Translations under genes and position numbers: made by a program
Source of the DNA: an uncultured Actinomycetes bacterium
Lineage (GTDB): Bacteria; Actinomycetota; Thermoleophilia; Gaiellales; Gaiellaceae
Assembly: GCA_963794115.1 (NCBI GenBank)
Contig: CAWCCO010000008.1
Coordinates: 35,585-99,584 of the forward strand
Reading direction: 5' to 3'
Length of the DNA: 64,000 bases
Shown: positions 63,996-64,000 of the stretch, in pieces
Numbering within the stretch: position 1 is the first letter of the stretch
Layout: each line of letters begins with the position of its first letter
Notes under the pieces: model-generated
The model's input: the letters and a program-made list of their open reading frames with translations, nothing else
Database searches by the model: none
Told to the model about the DNA's origin: nothing

Positions 63996-64000
63996 TCAGG

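Overview
This is a very GC-rich actinobacterial chromosome segment; gene content and style suggest Thermoleophilia/Gaiellales (inference). It spans the replication origin: gyrA-gyrB-DUF721-recF-dnaN-dnaA on the minus strand, then rpmH-rnpA-yidD-yidC-jag-rsmG-parA-parB and tRNA-Ile on the plus strand. Beyond that lie a membrane glycosylation/cell-wall cluster, moeA/moaC, an OmpR-type two-component system with htrA, otsA, ccmABCD plus hemA/C/D, arginase, tRNA-Phe, a reductive pyrimidine-catabolism cluster and a LuxR-STAND regulator module. The most striking element is non-coding (49,950-50,185). It holds a non-canonical 8/4 cloverleaf (allo-tRNA-like) with serine-type identity features but a Val (CAC) anticodon. 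About 60 nt downstream is an apparently separately promoted ~70-nt small RNA complementary to the tRNA's anticodon arm (16/16) and acceptor 5' strand (7/7), bridging the D-arm with its own hairpin. This is a candidate mistranslating-tRNA / antisense-RNA (all-RNA toxin-antitoxin or translational switch) system. Several single-base frameshifts in otherwise intact genes suggest read-consensus indel errors, so single-base details need read-level confirmation.
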